64,000 bases of DNA from Spirochaetia bacterium (GTDB lineage Bacteria; Spirochaetota; Spirochaetia; UBA9216), in contig CAXXYH010000003.1 of assembly GCA_963677925.2 (NCBI GenBank), positions 960,001 through 1,024,000 of the forward strand, given 5' to 3'. Under the pieces are notes generated by a model that saw only the letters and a program-made list of their open reading frames with translations, had not been told where the DNA came from and searched no databases. The position numbers and the translations under genes are program-made. How positions within the stretch are numbered: position 1 is the first letter of the stretch; the number at the start of each line of letters is the position of its first letter. Positions 10,269 through 20,700 of this stretch are shown here, piece by piece.

Positions 10269-11445
10269 GAAGCGTATTTTTCATGTAGATCTTGATGCCT
10301 TCTATGCTGCTGTTGAGCAGCGTGAAAATCCTGAACTTATCGGCAAGCCTGTCATCATCGGAGGCAATCCCGGTTCAAGGGGTGTAGTTTCAGCCTGCTC
10401 CTATGAAGCAAGAAAATACGGGGTGCATTCGGCAATGCCGACAGTAACAGCTTCACGGCTCTGTCCGGAGGGAGTTTTTCTGCCGGTACGTATGAAACTC
10501 TACCAGAGCGTTTCCGCTGGAATCATGAAGCTCTTTGAAGAGTTTACTCCTGATATCATGCAGATATCCATAGATGAAGCCTTTCTGGATATGACTGGAA
10601 CTCACAGACTGTTCGGCAGTGTTTATGATACAGGCATGATGATTAAAAAGAGGGTAAAAGAAGAATCGGGGCTGAATATCTCTATAGGTGCCGCTCAGAC
10701 AAGGTTTCTTGCAAAACTTGCATCCGATTACGGCAAACCAGACGGATTATGCATAGTAAAAGAAGGAGAAACCGAAGCCTTCCTCGACAGGCTTGAGCTG
10801 AAGGATATCTGGGGACTCGGTAAGAAAACCCTGGAAAAACTGTCTGATCTCAATATAAAGACAATTCCTGAACTCAGGGCTTTCAGTGAAAATGCTCTTA
10901 TGAGTATATTCGGAAAATCAGGCGGTGAATTCCTGTATAAGGCCTGCCGTGGAGTAGATCTTGACATCTACAATACGGCAGTTAAAAGCAGTTCAATCAG
11001 CAATGAGACAACCTTTGCCTCGGATGTGAGAGACAGGGAAGTCCTTGAGAAAATGCTTCTGGAGTTGTCCCATCACGTGATGTTCCGGATGATAAAGGAT
11101 AATAAAAAAAGCAAAACCCTGTGTCTGAAAGTCCGGTTCTCCGACTTCACATCAACAACAGCGCAGAAAACACTTAACCGCTATGTAACATCGGCAGAAG
11201 AGCTGTTCCAGCATTCCATTGAACTGCTTAATACAAGGTGGAACGGAACCGAGCCTGTCAGACTAATAGGTACAGGCTTCAACAGTGTAGAGAACGCTGA
11301 TTCACCTGAACAGCCGGAGCTGTTTGAGGATCCGTTTGAAAAAAAATACCGGGTTGAAAAGGCTGTTTTTTCAATAAAAACAAAGGGCAGTAAAGTCACC
11401 AAGGCCAGCCTTCTCAACTCCGAACACAAGGCAAAAAAAGAATGA
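10261..11445 (+). CDS. dinB: DNA polymerase IV (Y family)
   Basis: HVDLDAFYAAVEQ, CSYEARKYGVHSAM, SIDEAFLD, LAKLASDYGKPDG. Confidence 0.96.
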   Translation: MIKKRIFHVDLDAFYAAVEQRENPELIGKPVIIGGNPGSRGVVSACSYEARKYGVHSAMPTVTASRLCPEGVFLPVRMKLYQSVSAGIMKLFEEFTPDIMQISIDEAFLDMTGTHRLFGSVYDTGMMIKKRVKEESGLNISIGAAQTRFLAKLASDYGKPDGLCIVKEGETEAFLDRLELKDIWGLGKKTLEKLSDLNIKTIPELRAFSENALMSIFGKSGGEFLYKACRGVDLDIYNTAVKSSSISNETTFASDVRDREVLEKMLLELSHHVMFRMIKDNKKSKTLCLKVRFSDFTSTTAQKTLNRYVTSAEELFQHSIELLNTRWNGTEPVRLIGTGFNSVENADSPEQPELFEDPFEKKYRVEKAVFSIKTKGSKVTKASLLNSEHKAKKE

Positions 11446-14261
11446 AAAGTAAATTAGTTTTAATTGTGCTGATTTTATACAGTACAGCTGGTGTCCTGTC
11501 AGCATCAGCAGCGGAATTGCTTCAGCGGAATACCGAACACTTTAAATTTATTTACAAGGAATCCGAGACCGGGGCTGTTGATGAACTGCTTTTCTTTGCA
11601 GAAGACATATACGACAAGGTGGCAGGCTATTTCGGAGTGTATCCGGATAATATCAAAGTCGTTGTAACTAATGATATGGATACAGCAAACGGATATTTCA
11701 GCCCTGTGCCGCCCCAGATTACAATATTTGTCACAAGTCCCAAGAGCCCGTGGCTGGGTGCCGGAAATGAAAACTGGCTTAAATACGTATTTACACATGA
11801 ACTTACCCACTATGTTCACATAACATGGCCTGAAGGCATATATCATAATATTTCAAAGATCTTCGGACCTGCCGCTCTGTCCTGGCGAGCCGGAGGAGTA
11901 CCGGGCTGGGCACTTGAGGGGATAACCACAAATCTCGAAACAGAGTTCACTGACGGAGGAAGAGGAAGAAATCCCTTTTTTGAACTTTATTACAAGGCTC
12001 CCATTATTGAGAACAGCATGTTCAGCCTTGAGGAAGCCGGGTTCAGTTCGCCCTACCCGCCTTCAGGACGAATCTATGTCGCAGGCTACATCATCGTAAA
12101 TTACATGATGGAACACTTCGGGAAGGATGTATTCGCCAGGGTGGTCAGGAAACAGAACAAAGAGCTTATGAGTTTTGAAGATGCAGTTAAAGAGGAAACC
12201 GGAGAAAGCCTTGAGAATATATTCGCAGAGATGAAGATAGAATTGACAAGACAATATGCAGATGATCTGAAATTAAACCGTGGTAAAATCATTTCGCCCA
12301 GAAAAAACGGATACAATTACAGTTTCCCGAAACAGATTGGAGATAAATGGTACTCATACCGTTTTAATGCAGACTCAATTCCGGCAATCGTAAGTTTCAG
12401 CGAAGATCCGGACAAGCCAAAATATCCTGAAAATGAAGAAACTGTAATTGAGACATCCCTGCCCACGCGGGATTCCTACTGCATAAGCAGTGACGGGCGA
12501 TATATATACTTCGCAGCCGCACGCTCAAAGGCAGGCCTGCCCGGAATATCCGAAACGGAAACTGATCTATGCTGCTTCGACACTGAAACCGGAAAAAAAG
12601 AAATCCTGCTTAAAGATTTATCAGTTTATGATCTGGCATTATCACCAGACGGAGGCTATATAGCTGCCGCCCAGTCATACGCAAGCTACTCAAGGCTGAT
12701 TCTAATAAATACGGAAACACTCACAGTGACAAAAGTCTTTGAAGAGCCGCAGACAGCGGTTTTCACCCCTGTGTTTGCTGAAAACGGAAGAGAAATATTT
12801 TTTTCAGCGAGCCTCAGAGGCATGCAGGATCTGTACAAAACAGAACTGCTGTCCGGAAAAACCCTACCGCTTTTTGCTGCGGACCATGCCGGAGACTATA
12901 ATCCGGTAATAGGCGATGACGGCAGTGTCTACTTCTGCAGGGAGGATGACGGCAGACTGAAACTCTTCAGGTTTTCAGAAGACTCAGGGGTTCTTGAATG
13001 CATTGCAGAGGATTCAGTCGGCATACTGAAGGGAAGACCGGTTGACGGAAGCATAGTTTATGAATCTTACAGCGCCCAGGGATTCTGCGTTAAAGTAATG
13101 GATGAACCCGCATCTTCCTTTTTTACAGCCGAGATAACCAGCGGACAGATTCCCCCGGCATATAATTTCGATGTTCAGGAGACGGAACATCAGGCCGGGC
13201 AGAGCTTTCTTAATCTGCCGCTGCCTGTATTATGGCTTCCGATTGCTTCGATGTCACCGCGGCCTGCATCTATTGCCTTCGGTGCAGGTATTACGGCTGC
13301 CGGCTGTTCACTCAGCAGCAGTTACCTTGATTTTGAGTCAGCATGGAGTGCGGCGGCTGCCTTTTATCCTGAAGATCTGAGACCTGAGCTTGAACTGGTA
13401 ACTCTTTTCAAGGCCGGCCCCGGAAATGTGTATGGAAGCCTTTCTCATGAATACAGCGGTGAACTTACATCCGACTACAGCAGCCTGTATACTGAAAAAA
13501 CAGCTGTAACCGGTGCATACTTTTTGCCATTTATAGCTGAACACCAGTTCAGCCGCAGCATCTATCTCACAGCAAACTCTGCATTCAGCTATGAACTCTC
13601 CCGTTCATCCGACTCAGGCTTCGGGCCCGGAGATTCCGGCAATGGAATAACAGCTGCTGACGGTCTTACAGCAGCTGTCGGGATGTATTTTTCATATGTC
13701 AAGGATGCCTCGGCATTAAGCGGTTTAAGCCCGCTCAGGGGTGAGCTGAGTGCCGAATATCTGTTTGAGCCTTACAATATAAACGCTGATACTGAATACG
13801 CTTCACAGGCCGTTCTGGCAGGCTCTTTCCGCTTTCCCTTATTCCGGGATATTTTTCTGCTGGAAACGGAATTTTCAGGCTCATATTCAACAGCCCCCTG
13901 CTCTTTCAGTGCCGCGGCAGGGCCCTACGGTTATGCCGAAATTCCTGACGGGCCTGATGACGGCATACTTTCGGCGGGAGTAAATATTCTGGTTTCAGTA
14001 ACCGGGGGCATGTACATGTTTCTCTCAACTCAAAAAAAGGCTGATTTCTCAATTATTTCGCCATCCTTTGATATTGATGAGTATACATATTATTCATACG
14101 GTATGGGCCTGGATGCCTCAGCTTTAAGCATTAAGGCAGGGCTGACAGTTCCGGCTTTAGAGGAATATTATCTGTTTGAACCTGAGCAAGGATCCATGTT
14201 CATTAAGCTGAACATGGACGGAGCATTTCTTTTTCAGGGACTGCAGCTTATCCTGGATTAA
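11442..14261 (+). CDS. Exported zinc-metallopeptidase (gluzincin) with TolB-like beta-propeller and probable C-terminal beta-barrel
   Basis: Signal peptide; HELTH plus WALEG third ligand; SPDG/SSDG propeller repeats; aromatic-rich beta-strand C-terminus. Confidence 0.7.
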   Translation: MKSKLVLIVLILYSTAGVLSASAAELLQRNTEHFKFIYKESETGAVDELLFFAEDIYDKVAGYFGVYPDNIKVVVTNDMDTANGYFSPVPPQITIFVTSPKSPWLGAGNENWLKYVFTHELTHYVHITWPEGIYHNISKIFGPAALSWRAGGVPGWALEGITTNLETEFTDGGRGRNPFFELYYKAPIIENSMFSLEEAGFSSPYPPSGRIYVAGYIIVNYMMEHFGKDVFARVVRKQNKELMSFEDAVKEETGESLENIFAEMKIELTRQYADDLKLNRGKIISPRKNGYNYSFPKQIGDKWYSYRFNADSIPAIVSFSEDPDKPKYPENEETVIETSLPTRDSYCISSDGRYIYFAAARSKAGLPGISETETDLCCFDTETGKKEILLKDLSVYDLALSPDGGYIAAAQSYASYSRLILINTETLTVTKVFEEPQTAVFTPVFAENGREIFFSASLRGMQDLYKTELLSGKTLPLFAADHAGDYNPVIGDDGSVYFCREDDGRLKLFRFSEDSGVLECIAEDSVGILKGRPVDGSIVYESYSAQGFCVKVMDEPASSFFTAEITSGQIPPAYNFDVQETEHQAGQSFLNLPLPVLWLPIASMSPRPASIAFGAGITAAGCSLSSSYLDFESAWSAAAAFYPEDLRPELELVTLFKAGPGNVYGSLSHEYSGELTSDYSSLYTEKTAVTGAYFLPFIAEHQFSRSIYLTANSAFSYELSRSSDSGFGPGDSGNGITAADGLTAAVGMYFSYVKDASALSGLSPLRGELSAEYLFEPYNINADTEYASQAVLAGSFRFPLFRDIFLLETEFSGSYSTAPCSFSAAAGPYGYAEIPDGPDDGILSAGVNILVSVTGGMYMFLSTQKKADFSIISPSFDIDEYTYYSYGMGLDASALSIKAGLTVPALEEYYLFEPEQGSMFIKLNMDGAFLFQGLQLILD

Positions 14262-14280
14262 CTGATAAAGAACACTGTCT

Positions 14281-16158
14281 TTACTTCAGGTGCTCACCAA
14301 GGGGCTCAGGAACCATGTAGTACCGGTTGGACATATTCCAGAGTGTCCAGCCTGAAGAATCCGCCTCACGGCAGGCCTCCAGCTGAATCAGAAGATAACG
14401 GTAGTATTCTTCCTCTTCCATATAGTACTCGGAGGGAAGCAGGAATGCCTGAACATAGGGCCGGATAAGGCTTCTGCCTTCAGTAATTTCCGCAGCTCTC
14501 AGGGTGCCCTCATTATAAATCTTCCCGGCCCGTTCGATGTAGGGAACGTCCCTCATGAAACTCCGGGGGAAATGGGACGGATAGTACATAGGACATATTA
14601 CATCAACGTAGTCTGCCAGCATCTCAATATTCTGCCCGATCCAGTTGCCCATACGGTAGTAAGTATTGAAACCGTAGAGATCGGTACTGATAGGTACGTG
14701 AATGCGTTCCCTGATCAGCCTGAAAAAGGATTCGAGTGCATTTATGCGGGTCATCCCCGGGCGGATAGCGTTAAACTTGATTCTTGATGTATTGCCGTCG
14801 GAGGGAAAGCGGATATAGTCAAACTGTATTTCATCAACACCGCGTTCCTGCAGCTCCTCTGCAATATCGGCATTATACTTCCAGACAGCAGGGTTAAATG
14901 GGTCTACCCAGTACTCACGCTGCTCATAACTGACCTCTCCGGTATCATCATCAACATTCTTAATCAGATACCGCCAGGGCTCATCACTGTATTTGTCCCA
15001 TAGGGCATACTTGTGATTTGAATAATTAAACAGCTGCTGATCTTTGAATACAACAATGCGGCCTATAACGTAGAAGCCGCGTTCATGAGCCCGGCTGATA
15101 AGATAATCCAGATCGGTCCGTTTTTTTACAGCTCCGATGGACAGCGGAAACTCAAGCCTGGAATCATAGGTAAGGTAGCCGAAGTCATCCTTTATATCAA
15201 TAACAATTGAATCAAGGCCGTTTCTTTCCATGAAATCCAGATGATTTTCAAGTCTCTGGCCTGTTGTATGCCCCGGGCCTATATACAGACCTGTGTGATC
15301 AGCCGCAGCATCCAGGCGTGCCGATCTTGCAGGTCCTGCCGGCTCCCTGTAAAAAGCATCCGGAAAAATATCGCTCCATGTATCATCTGCCGTAAAATAT
15401 TCAGCCTGCTCAAGTCCAAAATCTACCCTTATACATCCGGTACTAATAAAATAGGCGTTCTGCATGCTTTTATTTTCTGTAAAACCTGCGATCGGGCTCC
15501 ATATTTTCCGGGAACTATCACTTTTATAAAGACCGTTTCCGAAGGAATACGCAACATACAACGCTCCGTTTTCATCTGGAGCATAAAAAGCGGATGCTAT
15601 TTCTTCGTTGAAGCCGGCTCCGCGGTAGATAATTTCCTTTTCAGCAATTTCCTTCCAGGTTTTTCCTGAATCAACAGTCTCAAATATGCCGCTGAATGAG
15701 GTGGAAATGAGAATTCTATTATGATCTTCCGAATTGAGGGAAACTGATGTTAAATAATTGGAACGGGCTATGGGCTCTCCAAGAGGGACTGCCTTCCAGG
15801 ATTTGCCGCGATCGCTGCTTATATACAATCCGTAGGCAGTTGTACATGCAACACGGCTGTCGTCAGCGGGGTCATAAGATATTGAAGTTAGAGTTTCAAT
15901 CTCATCGTGGTCAAACGGATAGACGATCTTCGCCGGCAGCCCGTCATTGCGCCTTTCCCATTTATTACCGCCGTCTGTCGAGAGCATAAATCCGTAATCT
16001 GGTGCTGATGCATAAAGCGCACCGCCGGGAGTCTCAATAACCATCGAAGGTTTGATAAAACGGTTTTCAATTAAATCACTGCTGAAAGCTGCCGAAACAG
16101 TAATGAGTGATAGAATAATCAGATGTACAAAATAAAATATCCTGTTTTTTAATAGCAC
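14281..16158 (-). CDS. Putative glycoside hydrolase (DUF4015-like TIM barrel) with N-terminal BNR/Asp-box repeats
   Basis: STDGGNKW/SSDRGKSW/TVDSGKTW Asp-boxes; VIDIKDDFG, GRIVVFKD, DEIQFDYIRFP, CPMYYPSHF; GTG start. Confidence 0.8.
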   Translation of the reverse strand: MLLKNRIFYFVHLIILSLITVSAAFSSDLIENRFIKPSMVIETPGGALYASAPDYGFMLSTDGGNKWERRNDGLPAKIVYPFDHDEIETLTSISYDPADDSRVACTTAYGLYISSDRGKSWKAVPLGEPIARSNYLTSVSLNSEDHNRILISTSFSGIFETVDSGKTWKEIAEKEIIYRGAGFNEEIASAFYAPDENGALYVAYSFGNGLYKSDSSRKIWSPIAGFTENKSMQNAYFISTGCIRVDFGLEQAEYFTADDTWSDIFPDAFYREPAGPARSARLDAAADHTGLYIGPGHTTGQRLENHLDFMERNGLDSIVIDIKDDFGYLTYDSRLEFPLSIGAVKKRTDLDYLISRAHERGFYVIGRIVVFKDQQLFNYSNHKYALWDKYSDEPWRYLIKNVDDDTGEVSYEQREYWVDPFNPAVWKYNADIAEELQERGVDEIQFDYIRFPSDGNTSRIKFNAIRPGMTRINALESFFRLIRERIHVPISTDLYGFNTYYRMGNWIGQNIEMLADYVDVICPMYYPSHFPRSFMRDVPYIERAGKIYNEGTLRAAEITEGRSLIRPYVQAFLLPSEYYMEEEEYYRYLLIQLEACREADSSGWTLWNMSNRYYMVPEPLGEHLK

Positions 16159-16276
16159 AGTAAAACTCTCATAATCAGGTTTGATAGGACGCCCCTATTC
16201 TTTCAGAAATCATGCTGTATTGCAAGACTAAACTTTGCTTTCAATTCCGGGAATTATACTGTAAAATTGGCTGGTT

Positions 16277-16666
16277 ATGAGTAAAGAATATACAGAAGAT
16301 TTATTAATTGATTTCGGACCGGACGGAGAAACGCTGATTCCGGTAGTTACCCAGGATGTAAATACCAAAGAGGTTTTAATACTTGCATTCGCGAATAAGA
16401 CTGCTTTTGATGAAACAATTAAAAGCGGTTATGCCACCTACTGGAGCCGAAGCAGGAAGGAACTCTGGAAAAAGGGAATGACAAGCGGTGACATGCTCAA
16501 AATAGAAGAAATAAGGATCAACTGCGAGCAGAATTCCCTTGTCTATATGGTTGTTCCTCAGGGTAAAGGTGCCTGTCACGCCAAAAAAGAGGACGGCGGA
16601 CCCCACACATCCTGCTATTACCGTAAAATTACACCTGATATGAAGCTGGAGTTTGTTGAAAAATGA
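16277..16666 (+). CDS. hisI: Phosphoribosyl-AMP cyclohydrolase
   Basis: IPVVTQD, YWSRSRKELWKKGMTSG, C..GACH..SCYY zinc ligands. Confidence 0.92.
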   Translation: MSKEYTEDLLIDFGPDGETLIPVVTQDVNTKEVLILAFANKTAFDETIKSGYATYWSRSRKELWKKGMTSGDMLKIEEIRINCEQNSLVYMVVPQGKGACHAKKEDGGPHTSCYYRKITPDMKLEFVEK

Positions 16667-17712
16667 GTGATAACCAACTTATTATCGGAATGCCCGCCGG
16701 CTCTCTTGCAAATCCGGGACGCGGAGGAAACCTTATTAATCTGCTTGAAGAAGCAGGCTTTAAAACTAAAGGATATGAATCCGGAGGGCCCACAAGCTTT
16801 CAGACGGTAAATTACTTTTTCGGATGGGACGGCCGTCCTCAGGAATTCGGTGCCCAGATGATGCTCAATGAACTGGATGTTGCCATAGCCGGTGATGACT
16901 GGATTCATGAACGCGAAGCCGAGCTTTCAATTGAATATGGAAAAACCCTTGATGCCGAAAAGGTTCTGTCACTTAAAAGAGGCGGCGTCAGAATTGTAGG
17001 TATAGCAAACGGAGATGACCCCGCAGATAACATTAAGGATCTGCTGAAGCGCCTGTGCTCAGAAAAAAAACTGATAAATGTAGTTTCGGAAATGCCATAT
17101 CTTGCAGTTGAATGGCTTCATAAGAACCTGAAAGAGATTGGAGAGTATGACCGTTTCAGCAAATGGTCGGTACAAAAATATAAAACCCCTCCAAAAAATG
17201 ACAGCGGTATTGTTGTCTATGAAACCTGGGGCAAGACGGAAGCCAAGGTTAAAAACGGAGGCGCTGATCTTGGTATTGAGATAACCCAGTCCGGAAGCGC
17301 ACTAAGAAGCTACGGACTGAAGATCATCGATGAAATAATGACCAGTGAAACCGGTATCTGGATTAACAAATCAGTGAAAGAGGATCCGGAGAAAACAGAG
17401 CTTCTCAGGATGTTTCTGCTAAACCTTTACGGTTCAATAAACGCTGAGAACAAGGTACTTCTTGTTTTCAATGTCCCTTCAGCCTCAGAGGCTGCAGTTA
17501 CCAAATACCTTTCACAGAATAATCTTTTTGCCGATGAGCCTACAATAAACGAGGGAAAAACATTCGCACAGTATTCAATTCAGATTGAAACAAACAATTC
17601 TGATGTACCGCTGGCAAAGATTAGATATGAGCTTGCAAAGCTCGGAGCAAGAAGTATCGATACACTTCCGGTGCTGTCATCGATTCCGGATCCGGAAGTG
17701 CTGGGGTTCTGA
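16663..17712 (+). CDS. hisG: ATP phosphoribosyltransferase, divergent long form
   Basis: MPAGSL, RPQEF, DVAIAGDDW, WGKTEAK, ADLGIEITQSGSALRSYGL; ATGA overlap with hisI. Confidence 0.8.
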   Translation: MSDNQLIIGMPAGSLANPGRGGNLINLLEEAGFKTKGYESGGPTSFQTVNYFFGWDGRPQEFGAQMMLNELDVAIAGDDWIHEREAELSIEYGKTLDAEKVLSLKRGGVRIVGIANGDDPADNIKDLLKRLCSEKKLINVVSEMPYLAVEWLHKNLKEIGEYDRFSKWSVQKYKTPPKNDSGIVVYETWGKTEAKVKNGGADLGIEITQSGSALRSYGLKIIDEIMTSETGIWINKSVKEDPEKTELLRMFLLNLYGSINAENKVLLVFNVPSASEAAVTKYLSQNNLFADEPTINEGKTFAQYSIQIETNNSDVPLAKIRYELAKLGARSIDTLPVLSSIPDPEVLGF

Positions 17713-17736
17713 TTAACTGAAGAAATTAACAAAATT

Positions 17737-17772
17737 ATAGCGGCTTTGAATATTCACAGCCGCTATTTTATT
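17737..17772. terminator. Probable bidirectional intrinsic terminator between convergent hisG and hybrid kinase
   Basis: ATAGCGGCT(17737-45)/AGCCGCTAT(17758-66) stem with flanking A/T tracts. Confidence 0.7.
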
Positions 17773-20700
17773 TTCAGCTTACGCAGATTATCCAGAGCCT
17801 TCTCAAAATCATAATTTTCAACACACTTTACAAATTTCCTGAATGCCGGTGTGAACTGCTTATTTCCGGCAGCCTCGATGAAGGTTTCAAGATAGATAAC
17901 TGCCTCTGTGTCATTTTCTGACAGAAGATGCTCCATCTTATCAACCATTTCATTTGTCAAAGAGGGCGCTTTATCATTTTCTGAATCGTGGCCTTCAGGC
18001 TGCAGTTTTATTACATTCTCTTTGATATCGGCAATTAAATCGCTTAGATTCAGATTTACACGTTCAATTAAATAATTGAGCTCATTATTTTCAGCCTTGT
18101 CTCTGCAGGCAGCCTCAAGCTGCGAGGCTGCTTTCCTTACAGCAGTTGCACCTATATTTCCCGAAGAGCCTTTTAGCGAATGAGCAAGACTGGTTGACGC
18201 TTCAGGGCCTTCAGCAAGAGCTTTTTTAAACTGCTCAGAAAAATCATCATACATCTCAACATATTTACCCAGAAGGCGCATATACAGAGCTCTATTGCCC
18301 TGGACCACAAACAATCCTGCCTCTGTATCCAATCCTGGTATATCAATCATTTCGGTTAAAATTCCATCACCTTCTAAAATATCTTCATCGTCGAGTTCAA
18401 TTTTCGTCTTCTGTATCCATTGCCCAAGTACTGAAAACAGCTCTGCTGGATTAACAGGTTTTCCGACATGGTCATTCATTCCGGCTTTAAGTGATTTCTC
18501 TCTATCTCCTGAAAGTACATTTGCTGTCATTGCAATTATAGGAAGGTCTGAATAGGCACTGTTTTCCCTGATTTTACTGGTAGCCTCATAACCGTCCATA
18601 ACAGGAAGCTGACAGTCCATGAGAACACCATCGAACCCCTCTTTAAAAACAAGCTCTACAGCCTCCAGGCCGTTTTCTGCAAGAGTAACATCAATTCCCG
18701 CACTGGAAAGAAGCTCAATAGCTACTTCCTGATTTATTGCATTATCCTCAACAAGTAGTATTCGGGCCCCCTTTAAGCCCGACTTCACAGTATCAAGAAG
18801 CTCCGTATGCATATCAATCCTTCGGGCACTTCTGACTTTGCTGCCTGTCGCAGCAAGAACCGCATCAAGAAGAGATGAGGGCATTATAGGCTTGGAAAGA
18901 TATTCTGCAATATTCTCTACTCCTCGGCTGGCGCTAATAGCATCATCACGGCCGTATGCGGTCATCATTATCACTAACGGTTTGTGTGAAATCTCTTCAG
19001 ATTTATTAATCATTTTTACAGTATCGATGCCGTCCCTGCCGGGCAGATTCCAGTCCATAAGCACAAGATCGAATTTTTTATCCGTTCCGGAAAGTTTTAA
19101 AACCGCCTCTTCAGAAGAGGAAGCAGTATCAATGTCAAATTTAAAACTGACCAGAATTTCAGAGAGAATAAGCAGAGAAGTAGAGTTATCATCAACGATA
19201 AGGATTTTTAGTTCATCAATACTGCTGTGATCAGGAAATCGCTCATGTTCATCTTCCTGTCTGGCAAGATTCACAGTGAAGTGAAATGTACTGCCCTTGC
19301 CGGCTTCACTATCCACCCAGATTTCACCATCCATTAACTGAGTGAGTTTCCTGCAGATAGCAAGCCCGAGACCGGTGCCGCCATACTTTCTGGTTGTGGA
19401 AGTATCCGCCTGACTGAACTGCTTAAAGAGCTTATTCTGCTGTTCAACTGTCAAACCGATGCCAGTGTCACGGACCCAGAAATGATACTCGCAGCTTTTC
19501 CCGGTACAGTCATCAGCCCTCACCCCGATGACTATCTCACCTTTTTCGGTGAATTTAACAGCGTTATTGGCAAGGTTAATCAGGATCTGCTCAAGCCTTA
19601 GAGGATCTCCGTTAAGAGCAGTTGGTGTTGAAGGTGATATGTCAAACATAAGCTCAAGACCTGAATCTTCGATTCGATAGCTTATTATATTGGCAAGATT
19701 CTCAAAAACATCCTCAAGAAAGAAATCAATATTTTCCAAATCAATTTTACCGGCTTCGATTTTTGAAAAATCAAGAATATCATTAAGGATCCCCAGCAGA
19801 TTTTCTGCAGCACGGTAGACCTTTGATATATAGCCCTGCTGCTTAGGGTTAAGTCCTGACTGCATTGCCAGATGCGACAGTCCGATTATAGCATTCATGG
19901 GAGTTCTGATTTCATGGGACATGTTGGCAAGGAAGTCTGATTTCACCCTGGTGGCCTCTTCCGCAGCTTCCTTTGCTTCTGCAAGCTCGAGCTCAGCCTT
20001 TTTACGCATGGTGATATCTTCAAGCAGGCCGTCAATAGTAATTATATTTCCATCATCATCAAAAACAGGGTGATGGGCGATCATCAGGGTTCTGATATCA
20101 CCATCAGGATGACGGAATTCCATCTCAAACTGATTAAAAAGGCTTGTGCCGTCGTAGAATGTTTTAACGTATTCAGCTGCGCGTTCTACAGAACCGGGCA
20201 TCCAGTCAAATTTCTCCTGCCATAACTCCCCGATAACCTCTTCTTTGGAAACGCCGAATACCGTACTTACTCCCTCACTTGCAAATTTCAGAACACCATT
20301 TATATCGTGGCTGAAAATAAGGAATTTGGCACCCAGTTCATCAATGAGGCGCTCATATTTCATACGGCTTTGACGAAGCTCATCTTCCATCTGCTTTCTT
20401 TCGGTAATATCAACATTCCATCCAAGAATCCCGGGTTTACCGTCATAATCGAATGGATAAACTGAAAGCAGAACATCCCTTATCCCGTCAAAACCGTTCA
20501 ATCTGGTTTCAAAATTCGGACAGTATCCGTTTGACCGGAATATTCTGAAAACTTCATCGTGATCGGCTTTATCTGTATAAACGTCGGCTGCCAATTCACC
20601 CACTTCCATTCCCATCAGCCTCATTGTTGAATTGGCATAAACGGTCTTTTCATCGACAACAATACCGACGCCTACAGGACTTGATTCAAGGATGGTTGCC

